From Hypanus sabinus (lineage: Eukaryota), in contig NC_082710.1 in assembly GCF_030144855.1 (NCBI RefSeq), forward strand, positions 98,642,001 to 98,706,000: DNA of 64,000 nucleotides, read 5' to 3'. Positions 51,685 to 64,000 of this stretch are shown here, piece after piece; positions within the stretch are counted from its first letter, which is position 1, and each line of letters begins with the position of its first letter. Position numbers and translations under genes: made by a program. The notes below the pieces were generated by a model, which was not told where the DNA came from, searched no databases, and was given only the letters and a program-made list of their open reading frames with translations.

Positions 51685-53134
51685 TTCTATAGATAGTCCA
51701 AGTCTCAGAGTGCACAATAAGGAGGCAGGGGCCTTGAGTTTTGTGCAAATTTACTTTCTTAACTTCCATGTACTCTCTTCCTCAGAGCAGCTTCTCTCAA
51801 CAATTCAGAATGCATGTAGACAGACTGATGATGATACCTTCATGACATCATGCATCATATTTTGTAATTACTTCTACCTCTCATTTTCTTTTATGAATGT
51901 GCAGATATTTGATGAAGATTTTAAAATTGTTAAGGAATGGAGAAGGAATCTCTACTAAAATGATCATTTCTGTACAATTTTTCAAAATTATTTTCTCTGT
52001 TATTTTTCATCTGCCTTCTTTTTCCAACAGCAAACATTAGGCAGAGTAAGTTTCTCATATGAAATTTCACCAAAAGAATGTGTAGTAGTTTATGAAGGGT
52101 TAGGAACAAAGAATTCTCCTGTCAGGTGAGAGATAATGCTGCAAACTCAGCCATCAATACTTTTCAAACCCACATCTACAAAAAGAAGCTAAAACATACT
52201 TTGCCTTGGCAAACACAGCCTCCTATTTCCAAAGGAGGCTGGGATAACAGATTGGATGGCACAAATCGGATATATGAATGCTTCATCAACTGTAATACTA
52301 GATGTCTTTTTCAAAAGCACGTCAGCATGTTATGTTTTCAGTATTACACCATGAAAAGACATATGCCATGTTGTTCATTGGGCAGCTTAACCTGATTAGT
52401 CATATTCTGAAGTTAAAAACTATACAGATGGGCAAGATTATATTTGTCAGAGAGCAGTTTTTGAAAGATCATTGTCACAAATAGCCTTCGAATGTAATAG
52501 AGGTAGATGTAAAGTTTCCAGTTTCAAACAGCACAGGGCTGGCTTAGTTCTGAACCTGCTTGTATTTCCTTCAATATTTGATGTAATCTCGATCCATCAG
52601 GATGATGCTTGTATGGTGTATGCAGTGAATACTGCCACCTTCCTCCGTTCAACATCCTGCATCATCACCTTCACTTGAGTTGCCTTGAGTGTTGAGCTGA
52701 ACCATCACTTGCCTGTACATCTATGTCTGCAGATTTATTTTTCTCTCTGTCACTTTTTAGCTTCTTCTGTCATCCCCTTCAGCCTTGGCAAATTTTACCA
52801 ATGGATTATGTGTTTCCAAGACTAATTAAAAAAAAACATTCTGCTGCTTTTTAATTGTTTGCATCTCTTCCAATCTCATTTGCATGAAATTTTTCCTTCA
52901 AATACTGTTCATGTTCACATCTACACTACAAACAAGATAGAGTTATTATTCTAATAAGTGGACCAATATCATTGTATGTAAGCACATGTTGAAGATCACT
53001 TTGATTCGATGAAATACTACAAGTTTACAGCACAGACGAAAGCCATTTAGCCCATATCATATAAAGACTAAACTACCAAGACCCATATTAATCTCCTTCT
53101 TCATCCATAAATCAAATACCCCATAGATTCCAGT

Positions 53135-53280
53135 TCTTTGCTGAAGGATTTCAGCCTGAAACATCAACTGTACTCTTTCTTATAGATGCTGCCTGGTCTG
53201 CTGAGTCCCTCCAGCATTTTGTGTGTGTTGTTTGGATTTCCAGAAACACACACACACTGCAGATTTTCTCTTGTTTCCAG
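53135..53280 (+). mobile_element. Solitary PLE pseudo-LTR end including the 3' tail
   Basis: tgaaggatttcagcctgaaacatcaactg..gatgctgcctggtctgctgagtccctccagcattttgtgtgtgttgtttggatttccag. Confidence 0.8.
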
Positions 53281-53494
53281 TTCTTATGCCCAAGGTCTTT
53301 TAACTGTGATGAGCAATGTTCCCTCTAATATTTTTTTTCCAGCTGTGATGACCAAACACTGCTGTGAGCAGGAAATTTTTACACAACCTGAAAACTGTGC
53401 ACAACAAAGGTGATGTGCGCGGGAGCATTTCAGTTCCTGAGTGGTTGTGCATCCATGCAGCTTAGAGGGAACCATGGTGAGAATCCAAGTGTCA

Positions 53495-54070
53495 TAAGAT
53501 TATACAGAATGAAAACAGGCTCTTTATCTGCTCCTTACCAAATGAGTTTCCCATTTATTTGGAATATCACTCTAAACCTTTCCTATCCATGTACGTCCAA
53601 GTATGCATGCATCTTCCTCTGAAAGATCATTCCATATACTGACCCCTGTCCAGGTGAACTGTTGCCTCTCAGGTTCTTTGTAAATCTCTCCCCTCTCATC
53701 TTAAACCTATGTAATCTAGTTCTTGATTATCTAAACAAGGGAACATACTGTACATGTTCACCCTATCTATACCCTTTATAATTTTATACATCTCTTTCAC
53801 ATTACCCCTTCTTCACCTAAGGTACAATAATAAAAAAAAATGTCCTAACTTGGTCAATCTCTGTTTAAACTCCGTCCCTGCTGTGTCTTCATATTGTATA
53901 TCGTCTTCACTCTTTCCAACTTAATGACATCCTTCTGTAAAGGAATGACTAAAATAGAACACAATATTCCAAATGCAGCCTCACCAGAGTCTTGTACGAC
54001 TACAATATAATCATGACCTTTATACTGATGAAGACCAGTGTGCCAGAAGTCTTCTTCATCACCCTGTCTA
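53495..54070 (-). mobile_element. CR1-clade LINE 3' fragment
   Basis: 53854-54129(-) QKDVIKLERV. Reverse-complemented CR1 tail at the left. Confidence 0.8.
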
Positions 54071-54841
54071 GCTGAGCCAGAGATCAAGAAGCTGAGGCTG
54101 GTTCCTTTCTTGTCTTTACCTTTCTTCAAAGCAGTGAGCTAAGTTTCTGTTATCATCTCCTTTTATTTTGCTACCAAGCACACTTTCAATATTGTGTTCT
54201 AAATGACACCGTTTGCAGTTTTGCTTACATTTTTATTATTTACGTTGAACTAATTTCAATATTATAATACATTTCCGTAAGATTCTCAACAAAACTATCT
54301 TGTGGTCATCTTACGAAAAAGACCATACAAATCCACAACTAATTCTTACTTTGATATTGAATCATTCTGAGCTTTAATTTACATAAATCATGTTGAAACT
54401 ATTGTTTCCTGTCGTTCTTCTTTAGTAATCTTTCTTGATGTCATGAAGTGTCAAATGGAATTCCCACCATAGATTTCCAAGCTAGCAGTACAGTATTAAG
54501 ATACTGTACCATACAACCAAATAATAAATTAATTTTCAATTGCATAAAATAAGAAAAGACATTTAATCGTAACACTCTATATTTATATGAGTACTTGCTT
54601 CACCTAAAAATGGAATGAAAATTTCCAAGATGACATATTTTCTTTTAACTTCTGTCCAGATTTTTGAGAAAGTGTTCACATGCAGTTATGTGAAAACTAG
54701 CATTGTCTCCTAAGCATCAGATGAAAGAAATGAAGGAAGGAATGATTAATTTGCTGACACACCTAAACATTGTCAAGGATATGTTCTGAAAATATTGCAC
54801 TGCAGCAACTTAACCCACCACCTTTCATCTCTGACAGTTTA

Positions 54842-55181
54842 ATCATCATTATGTGCCGTAAGGCGATCATAGTCCCGTGATCACAATCGTCCTTGGCAAG
54901 TTTTTTTGCAGATGTAGTTTGCCAAAGTCTTCTTCTAGGCAGTGTCTTTAGAAGATGGGTGACCCAAGCTATTATCAATACTCTTCAGAGATTGTCTGCT
55001 TGGGGTCAGAGGTCACATAGCCAGGACATGTGATATGCAACAGCTGCTCATACCACCACCAACCACTTACTCCCATGACTGAGCAGGTGCTACACCCTGC
55101 CCAAGGGTGACCTGCAGACTAGTGGAGGGAAAGAGCAACTCATGCCTTCTTTGATAGAGAAGTATCTCCACCCCACCACTC
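54842..55181 (-). mobile_element. Third copy of the RTE-associated SINE-like repeat (5' end intact)
   Basis: Reverse-complement homology to 26337-26745, starting GAGTGGTGGGGTGGAGATAC. Confidence 0.8.
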
Positions 55182-57978
55182 ATAAAAATAATGAAGAAAA
55201 AGAACTACTGATGTGATGCTGAAAATATAAAGTATATCAGAAAATGCAGGAAATACTCAGCTGGGCAGACTTCTGTTGTAAGAAACAGAAAGCTAATGTT
55301 TCATATCAACAAATTTTCTTCAAAAATAAGACAAATTTGTCCGCAGTCCCATGTGCTAAGTATAGAGTGGAGTAGTGCTGAAACATATATCTAAATCGTT
55401 CACTCCATTCAAGTCAATGAAAGCAATTATAGACGCAGAAATGCAATGTGTTGAGTGCATGTTTGAACACACATGTGGCCAAACTTCTAGCCCAATCTCT
55501 ATTTTCCTTGAATGTGAAACTATGAAAGATGAACAATTACATGTCACCGTGACAGTAATAATTACAAGTGACCACAGGTAGGTATCATGTTGTTACAATC
55601 CAAACTTTTGCCTTTTTATTTCTGCATGCTTTAATACTTTATGATTATTTATTATTCCAATCAATACCTAATGTCCTGCATATCTCTTGCTAGCTCAGTT
55701 ATCACTCTGCATCCAAACCAAATAAATGTGGTGGGCAGGGTCCATAGCTAGTTTCAGATTTTGCTTCAGCTTCTCTGACACTGGACTGTAACCAACACAG
55801 TTTGTTGCTTTATTAATTTAATTTATTTGATGACTTTGGCTCACTCATGTTAGTGCACCTAAAAATGGTGCACAGTGGAATGCATTATATCTGGGCGTCA
55901 ATGACTGTTATGACAATGACTGTCAATGACCAATGAGAGGTTATTGTCTTTCCCTACTAGTTCTGTATAGGTTTAAGACCTTAAGTATGACAAAATAGCT
56001 GCTTTTCGTTTCCTTAATTAAAAATATAAACCACTAATTTGTCTGAAGGATAGTTTCAATAGTCTGAGTTGCTGCCAGCCGTGGACATATTCAGGCATGT
56101 TCTGCAGCCAGTAAAAGAGTGATAGGCTCGTTGGCCTGTGCTTCAGTTCTGCAGTGTGGAGATGAACATTGCAGACTACTGATTTGGATGTGAGGAATTA
56201 GAATTGCCGTGCTTATTCCGTAAACCAGGATTATGGGGAGTTCTTTGGGGCTTTTTTTCATGAGTCACGTGCAAGATGGAAAGAGATCATACTGAGGATT
56301 GGAGACCGTGATAATGTAAGTGGTGACATCTGGTGAATTTGGAAGTTTCCGTATAAGAGCATGGGATTGTGAGTTTGGAGTGTGAGCCTGGGCCTTCGGA
56401 AAGATTGGGGGAGAGATGATTGTTGGTCTTGTGCCAGAGGCCACAGAAAGAGAGCTGAAGAGCTGGCACTGTCATTGGAATTTCAGATTTCCCTAAGAGT
56501 GCAACATTATGATCATTTCCAAGACAAAATGACCAAGTTCTCTAGCAAGGGGGGAATGGACAGAAAATTATGTTATCTCATTTGCCCAAAGCACTCAGAA
56601 TGGTAACTTAGACAGATGTCCGGTGCAATTTTCTGAGTGATAGGAAGTGAGCTAGTAAAAGACATTTTCACATTTAACTCCAGAAAAGAAAATCAATTTC
56701 AATCCCAAAATGCTAAAAGAAAGCAGTATTATGTTATCAAAGTTCCAAGTAATTATGTTGCTTAAGAAGCAGAAAAGTGATACCAAGTCTGGTTTCAAAG
56801 ATGACCTTGTACAATGAGCTCCTTGAAGTCTAAGGTACAGCACTCAAAGCTTCTCATTGTAGTGATCAATGTAGTACAGAACCTCTACAAATTTCTGTAT
56901 TTTCTTGAACCGTGTAATATTAATTTTGCAAAATCTGGTAAGCTGTAGACTGTAAAACTGCTTCAATGTTCAGATCACAATTAAATACTACTTGAGCTGC
57001 ACTTTTCATGTATTTGATTTATCGTTATGCTGTTTGCATTATACTGCTTTACAAGCTCTCAAGTATTTATAATCTGTATGTAATCAACCAAAGTGTTATG
57101 CAAGTGTGTATTTATATAAATTGGACACTTCAAGGATAATATTTTGTGATGCAGAGTTTCAACTTGAAACATCGACAGTTCCTTTCCTCCCACAGACACT
57201 ACTTGACCCATTAAATTTCTCCAGATTGTTGTTTCCAGAATCCAATATCTGCGTTCTCCTATGTTATAGAATCATAAAGTACTTTTGCACAGAAACAGGG
57301 TCTTCAGCATATCTAGTCCATGTTGAACTGTTATTCTGCCTAGTCAAGTCAACCTGCACTCGGACCATAGCTCTCCATACCCCTCTCATACATCTTCATA
57401 GTACTTCCATCTTCATCCACTGATTGGGTACCTGATATTCTGGCTCACTCACCTATTTTGGAAACTGCCTAAAGTTCATGAAGTTTTGAAAAAGTTTTTC
57501 TTTACTTTCAAGTTAGAGATTTAACTCAACATGAGATTCAGACCCTGGTAGATGAAGTTTCCAAAAAAGAGACATCCCTAATTCTTGCTTTACTCTTGGA
57601 AAAAAAAATATGACAATCTGTAGGCAGATTTAGCCACCCCAAAAACATTAAACATAATGAAATTTAACTAGCGTTTCATGTGTAAATTCAGCATAGTATT
57701 ATCTGAAACTGATTAATAATTATCACTTCTTTCCTTATACTTTCCATGAACTTGCATCAAGAGTTTCTGGAAAATGATACTGTTATTTCTGTGCATGACT
57801 TTCCTATTCATATTTGATATGAAAAGGAGTATCATAAAATGAATGATCATTGTGAACACAGTTGGTTTAGGATAGGATTTTCTGTCTAAATCCAATTTCG
57901 TACCTTTACAAATGGTTACAATTGTCAAGTTAGCAATCTCCAAAAATAAGAAATGACTGTGTAGTTTTCTCGCACAGG

Positions 57979-58628
57979 TGTAAAAGAACTCTGAACTAAA
58001 CACCAAGCATAAACCAATCAATGAGGCGGTCCCATTAAGATTAACCGTTTACTGTTCACTCTTCCACATTAACGTATAGTGAAAACTGTTGATAAAACAA
58101 TACAAAATATATATAGTATTTATTTCCTTCTTGACATCACATTTACATCATCAATACTTGCAAAAGTAAAACTACAACAACTATATTACATTAAAGTGCA
58201 ACGTACAGTCAGAATCTACATATGCCATCGACTGGCTTTAAATACACTTCAACACGAACTATCCGCAATTCTTTGAATAACAAAAAACATAAACTTTATC
58301 ACCGATCATTACTTTTAACAGAATCAGCATTAACATTTTTAATTCAACATGTCGATTATCTCATGAACTTACGGTGTTGCTTCACTAATGTTTCTAGTGC
58401 ATAGAAAGAAAACTTTTCTCACACTGATCCTGCACGCACAAACCCGTTTCTCCAAACCGTTTTCTTCCCACAAGATGCGGAGAAACCGGGTGTGACGTCA
58501 TCGCATGCCGTGATATATCACAGACAATGAACTTACTTTAAACAAATTTAACTTTAACTAGAAAACGATAACAAACGGATTACTAAAGCAAAAATATAAT
58601 AAACTAAACAAATGCCTTAAAGGCAACA
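57979..58628 (-). mobile_element. Probable solo LTR (650 bp)
   Basis: TGTAAAAG...GGCAACA termini (TG...CA). Flanks CAGG/CAGA are a possible 4-bp TSD. CpG-richer than its surroundings. Perfect TGACGTCA at 58493-58500. Strand assignment is tentative. Confidence 0.5.
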
Positions 58629-58967
58629 CAGACTGAAACGAACTTTTGAATCACAAGGAACTTTCTTTGGTATTGCCCTAGTTTATATTTACATTTCACT
58701 TTCATTCTTAGATCATAATCAAAAGTGACGTGAATGAAAGATTCTCTAAGAAAATCTGTACAATACAGAGCTTATTTCATGATTACTCATGATAAGGAAG
58801 ACATGAATAGGTTTCCAGATCTTCTTTTAATATTGTTCCACATTTCTTTTACAAAATTTCTATTTGTACAGCTGTCTTTATCTACTGTTAAATACTCAAT
58901 TCTAAGTGATCTCAATGCCTCTCCACGCAGCCTTGGATCACCTGGACTATGCGAATACTTATGTTAT

Positions 58968-59935
58968 GATGCTGTTTATTGACTATAGTTCAACATTTAA
59001 CACAATCATTCCAATAGGCCTGATCAAAAAGCTACAGATCTGAGACCTACGTACCTCCCTCTGCAACGGGATCCTCGGCTTCCTAACTAGAAGACCACAA
59101 TCGGTGCAGATTAGAATTAACACCTCCACTTCACTGACAATCAACTCTGGCACATCACAGGGATGTGTGCTTAGCCCACTGCTCTACTCTCTCTACACCC
59201 ATGACTATGTGGCTAAGTACAACTCAAATGTCATGTATAAACTTGCTGATGATACAACCATTGTTGGCAGAATTTCAGTTTGTGATGAAATGGCATACAG
59301 GAGCAAGATAAACCAGTTAGTTGAGTGGCATTACAGCAACAAAACTGCACTCAGCGTCAGTAAGACCAAAGAGCTGATTGTGGACCAGGAAGGGTAAGAT
59401 GAAGGAAAACAAACCAATCCCCTTAGAGAGATCAGCAGTGGAGGGAGTGAGCAATTTCAGGTTCCTGGGTATCAATATCTCTGAGGACCTAACCTGGATG
59501 CAACATATTGATGTAGCTGTAAAGAAGGTAAGGCAGCAGCTGTATTTCATCAGGAGTTTGAAGAGATTTGCTTTGTCAACTAAAACAGTTGAAAACTTCT
59601 ACAAGGGTACCATGGAGAACATTCCGACTGGCTGCATCACAGCTAATGTGGTGGGTGGGGTGGGGGGGGGAGGAGAGCTACTGCACTAGGTCAAAGTAAC
59701 TTGCAGAAACTTGTAAAATTAGTCAGTTCCATCATGGACATCTTCAAGACATTTTCAAGGAATGGTGCCTTAGGAGGGCGGCATCCATTAAGGACCCCCA
59801 CCACCCAGGACATATCCTCTTCTCATTGTTGGGAAAGAGGTACAGGAGCCTAAAGACACACACTCAGTGACTTAGGAACAACTTCATCCCGTCTGCTATT
59901 CAATTTCTGAGTGGATATCAAACCCATAAACACAC
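58968..59935 (+). mobile_element. Rex1/Babar-type LINE RT fragment
   Basis: 59104-59397 GTSQGCVLSPLLYSLYTHD..YKLADDTTIVG. 59378-59689 FRFLGINISEDLTW..QQLYFIRSLKRF. Confidence 0.92.
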
Positions 59936-59951
59936 CTGACAGCTTTCATTT

Positions 59952-60244
59952 CTTTAAAACAAAATCAGCCAGCATATGTGGAAATTCAGTATATGCAAGA
60001 TAAACAAAATTTTAAAAATATATACACACAAAATACTGGAGGAACTCAGCAGGCTAAGCAGCATTTAGAAAAAGAAACCTATCCTGCAGAAGGGTTTCAT
60101 CCTGAAATGTCAAATGTACTCTTTTTCTAGATGCTGCCTGGCCTGCTGAGTTCTTCCAGCATTTTGTGTGCATATTTTCTTTAATTGTGCAAATCTTGCA
60201 TATACATACTGAATTTCCACATATGCTGGCTGATATTTTTAAAG
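59952..60244. repeat. 293-bp fold-back: inverted arms of about 124 bp around a degenerate hammerhead loop; inner 50 bp of each arm is PLE pLTR
   Basis: Arms 59952-60075 and 60120-60244. They include the exact 29-bp inverted match ATCAGCCAGCATATGTGGAAATTCAGTAT. Confidence 0.92.
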
Positions 60245-61969
60245 CCTGTGTTAATACTTCTAGTTCTTTAATAATTTCTTATTATTGAGTTGGTATCGCT
60301 CTTGCAATTGAAGAACTATAATATATTGAGAAAGAAATGTTTCTGTCACCGTCTGTGCTGGCAAACAACTGAGCCGAGGTTCGGAGGAACGACAGACTCC
60401 CATGTTGATACAGAAACAGGAATTCATTCACAGGAATTGCAACAGAACATCGATAGCTTTGCTGAGTGACATTGTGAGATTAAACATTCTTGAAACCCTG
60501 TGATCAGCTCTAATCGAAAGTCCACTTTAAGTAATCACAGTATGCAGAAAACCTGTGCCAGTCAAAATAAACTTGACAAGATTAAACAGAAGAAACGTGG
60601 GCTTAACAATTCTTGATAAGACAGCAGTTAACAGACTCATTTGCACAGGCTTGTAGTTCTCATGACAGTTTCATGCCAATGGTCATTCATCAGAAATGGA
60701 AGCTACCATCCACTTCCGGGGAAAATCTGCAATCTTTTGCTTTTGTTGATTTTCAAAGCAAGAGTATATGTAAGATTTGTTTTTACTAGAATACTTCCTA
60801 AGTGATTAACAAATATAATAATCACTTACTGTTAATAAAAGATGCTGGAAAAATTTAATAGGTCCTTCATGATTTTTACTTTAAACAGTAAATTTTATTT
60901 TCTATAAAAGCAGAGGAGAAATAAAAGAAGGGTGAAAAGATTGATTCTTTCACATCAACATTGGAAAGTTGCAAATTCATTTTTATTTTAAAACATAGAA
61001 TTAACAATTCTTGCACATACCAAAGGTTCAAATTTGCTGGAAACTGGTAACAGTTCCTGCCAGAATTGTTCCACTGTAATTCCCTGGGTATTTTGGACTC
61101 CTGCACTGACATGCAATATGTGACATGTTGGCTAAACTACACCAACATTTCTCTTTAATTTTATTTATTTATTTCAGAAGGTAACCATTGCCAGCAAATT
61201 CTGAAGAAGTTTTTTTTATTATTCAGCTTTAATCATCCTTGAGGAGTTTGTGGTGAGCCTCTGCAGTTCTGGTGAAGACAATCCTCCAGAGGTATTCTAT
61301 TGACTGGATATAGATCCTGCGATGATGAAAGAACAACAAAACATTTCCCAAGGCAAATCATTTCCAAATGTCTTCTGCCCATGTCCTTCTTGGTAATAGA
61401 GATTGCTGATTTGGTGGCCGCCAACAGAGCAGCTACAATGAGTACCTGCATTGCACCAGTAATGCAGAGAATAAACGTTTTGGACGGTGGATGCTGTTGA
61501 GATTCCAGGCTACATTCCTCCAAACTCGAAGGAAGCTTGGATAACTCCATTTAAGTTTACTTTCCAATGCTGATGAAAAACTATGAATCCCTTCACTTTT
61601 CTCTTTTTTCTTAACTGCTTTTTCAAATATAAAATTTACTGCTTAAAGGCACACTTTAAATGCAAAGAAACAATTGGCAAGTAGGAGGCATTTAAAAAAT
61701 GTCATATCAAGAGTCCAGGAGCAGCACGATCCCATTAGGGTAAAACAAGCAGAGGGTGACGGTTGAAAGTCAGTTCTTCAACTGGTGGCCTGTCTTGTGA
61801 AACAGAGAGATCTGCGAGTGCAACCACAGGAGTATCAGTATGGTGAAGAAGGCACTAAGCATCCTGACCTTCATCAGCCCCAGGTATTAGTGTAGGGATC
61901 TATGTTATCTGTGATTTATGTAACTTAGTTGGAATGCACATGGCATGAATAGCCAGTTTGTTTATCATA

Positions 61970-62850
61970 CTAAATTAGGAGGTTTTATTGATTGTGAAAG
62001 AGATTACAATAATACATTTTTTTAATGTTGATCAGTTATGTAGATGGGCTGAGGAATGACAAACACATTTCAACTTAGGTAAGTGTGAGGGGATGAATTT
62101 TTGGACAGTCAAACCCAATTAGGAATAATGTGGTTAAACGCAGAGCACTGACGAGCATTGTGGGACAGAGGGATCTGGGAATATAAGTTCACAGTTCACT
62201 GAAAGCAGTCATACCTGTACACAGGGTAGCAAAGAAGGTAACTAGCATTTTGACCTTCCCTACTCAGGGCATCAGAGTTAGAAGTAGGGATATTATATTG
62301 AAGTTATGTAAGTCTTTGTGAGGATGCACTTGGAATATTGTGTACAGCTTTTGTCACCTTGTTATAGAAAAGGCATTGCCAACGTGGGGATGACGCAGAT
62401 GAGATTTAAAAGGATGTTAGCTAGACTAGACGGTCTGAGTTACAGGGAAGAACTGGTCCCAGTGGATTTCTGTTCTCTAGAGGACAGAAGAATGAGTGCT
62501 GAACTCAAAGAAGTTTATAAAATCTAGAGGGGAATTGGTCATGAGGATGATTTTTTCTTTTCCCCAAGGTTAAGGAGTTCAAAGCTAGATGGCAAGATAC
62601 AAGATAAGATGGAAGACATTTAAAAAGAGATCTGAGAAATAATTTCTTTCTAGAGGTTGTAAGTCCCCGGAATGAGCTGCTGGAAGAAGTTGTTAAGGCA
62701 GGTATAACTGCAATATTGAAGAGGCGTGACATGGAGGGGAGGGTACTGGAGGTTCATGGGCCAAAGTGGGCTGATCAGGGAATATGCTGTTGTCAGCATG
62801 GACCATTTAGGTCGCAGTACCATTTCCATGTTGAGTTACTCTATGACTCT
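61970..62850 (+). mobile_element. CR1-clade LINE 3' portion
   Basis: 62318-62527 RMHLEYCVQLLSPCYRK..RFKRMLARLDGLSYREEL. Tail ends actctatgactct. Confidence 0.85.
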
Positions 62851-62899
62851 GCTATCCTCTTGACTTGTGCCTTGTAGATAGTTGAATGGCCTGAGGGGT

Positions 62900-63350
62900 C
62901 AGGATGTCAAACAAAGGGTTTATTGTCCTATGCACATGGGGAAGGGAAAACCTATTTGCAGCAGCATTGGAAACTCAAGATTCACAAGAAAAACATAAAT
63001 TATACAACAGATTTACAAGAAATAATATGACTCGAACAGAACAAGGTCCATTGTAGTGCAATAAGGGCAGAGTGGTCATGGTGTTGCTTAGCGGAGGTGG
63101 TGATAAAGACTGGTCAGGTTGATTCAAGAACTGAATGGTTGAAATGAAGTAATTGTTCTTGAACCTGGTGGTGTGAAACCTTCACCTCCTGCTTGATAGT
63201 AACTGTGAGAAGATGGCATGACCCAGATGATGGGGATCTTTGATGACTGCTATTGTCTTCTTGATGCAATTCCTGATATATATTCAGTAGTGGGGAGGGA
63301 TGTGGCAGTTATGCATTGGCCTGTGTCCACTCCTCTCTACAACTTCTTTA
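62900..63350 (-). mobile_element. Rex1/Babar-type LINE 3' fragment
   Basis: Reverse-complement homology to 13660-13920 (ttgttcttgaacctggtggtgtga..gatggggatctttgatga). Confidence 0.7.
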
Positions 63351-64000
63351 GGGTCACTCACCATGCAATATTCTGCCTTGATTTGTGAGAATCCCTGATC
63401 AATGACTGCTCAAAATACTCAGGAATATTTAGGATGGCATTGAAAATTCAAGGCCATGAGCCAAGTACAAACAACTCAATCTGTGTCAGAGTTTCTGATA
63501 TCCCACATTGGCTTTACAGTATCAACAATCTCTAATATGGCAGATGAATAGTTTGTCGAGATGACACAATGCCAAAACAATAAAGCAAGCTACAGGGAGA
63601 AAGCAAAACAAGTAAAAAATTTAAAGGACTTGCTAAAACTCAAATGTACATTAATTGTAGAAAAAGTAAACCCAAAGAGACTGATAGGAATACCCAAAAG
63701 ATCAGGCAATACCTGTGGAGAAAGAAAATTAAATTACATTTACCAGAGCTTACGTAAGGACTGTTCAATTCTGACTCAATCAGAAAAAGCTGGCTATCTG
63801 AAAATAATTTAACATATAGCCTTGGAGCCTCTAGGTAGCAATTACAGCCAGAAAAGAAAGCTGATCATTTGCTTTTTCTCTGCATTTCTGGACGACGTAT
63901 CCTGGAAATATGTTGAGGTAAAATATTATTACTACTGATTCACAGAGCTCAGAACAATAAACATCTTGGTAAGAGATAATTGTATTGAATTTTTAATTCT

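Noticed and set aside
55898-55935. Short tandem CAATGAC repeats (also GCCCTAAA at 32370-32400 and TGTGTACC at 15290-15320)
   Set aside because: Small local slippage duplications with no spacer structure and no sign of function.
61233-61550. 105-aa minus-strand ORF as a small gene or processed pseudogene
   Set aside because: No recognisable protein similarity. The underlying DNA resembles a very old antisense LINE 3' remnant, similar to 50400-50700.
1-64000. Prokaryotic-style systems (CRISPR arrays, operons, defence islands) or a novel multi-gene protein system built from the ORF track
   Set aside because: The DNA is vertebrate intronic sequence. No regularly spaced repeat-spacer array was seen. 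The longer ORFs are broken LINE/PLE fragments or their antisense frames, and the rest have no recognisable domains or splice support.

Overview
Vertebrate genomic DNA, not prokaryotic. The repeat complement (HE1/V-SINE-like SINEs with CR1 tails, abundant CR1, Rex1/Babar and Penelope-like elements) points to a cartilaginous fish, probably a ray (inference). The window is almost entirely intronic sequence of a + strand ARHGAP15 orthologue. Only two coding exons are present (30868-30955, 88 nt; 44242-44331, 90 nt), both encoding part of the PH domain. Nearly all longer ORFs in the supplied track are decayed retroelement fragments or noise. The most interesting signals are: (i) about ten Penelope-like pseudo-LTRs carrying a minimal type-I hammerhead ribozyme motif, one with an intact catalytic core in the sense orientation of the host pre-mRNA (23597-23630), the others mostly damaged at CpG sites; (ii) an L1 insertion flanked by an unusually long 89-bp target-site duplication; (iii) an 84-bp microhomology-flanked templated insertion copied from 2.3 kb away into a SINE; (iv) a 293-bp fold-back whose arms extend about 70 bp beyond the Penelope sequence; (v) an R4/Dong-type restriction-endonuclease retroelement inserted in a TAA tract. 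I found no novel protein-coding system. Boundaries of old repeats are approximate and family names come from recognition by eye, not from a database search.
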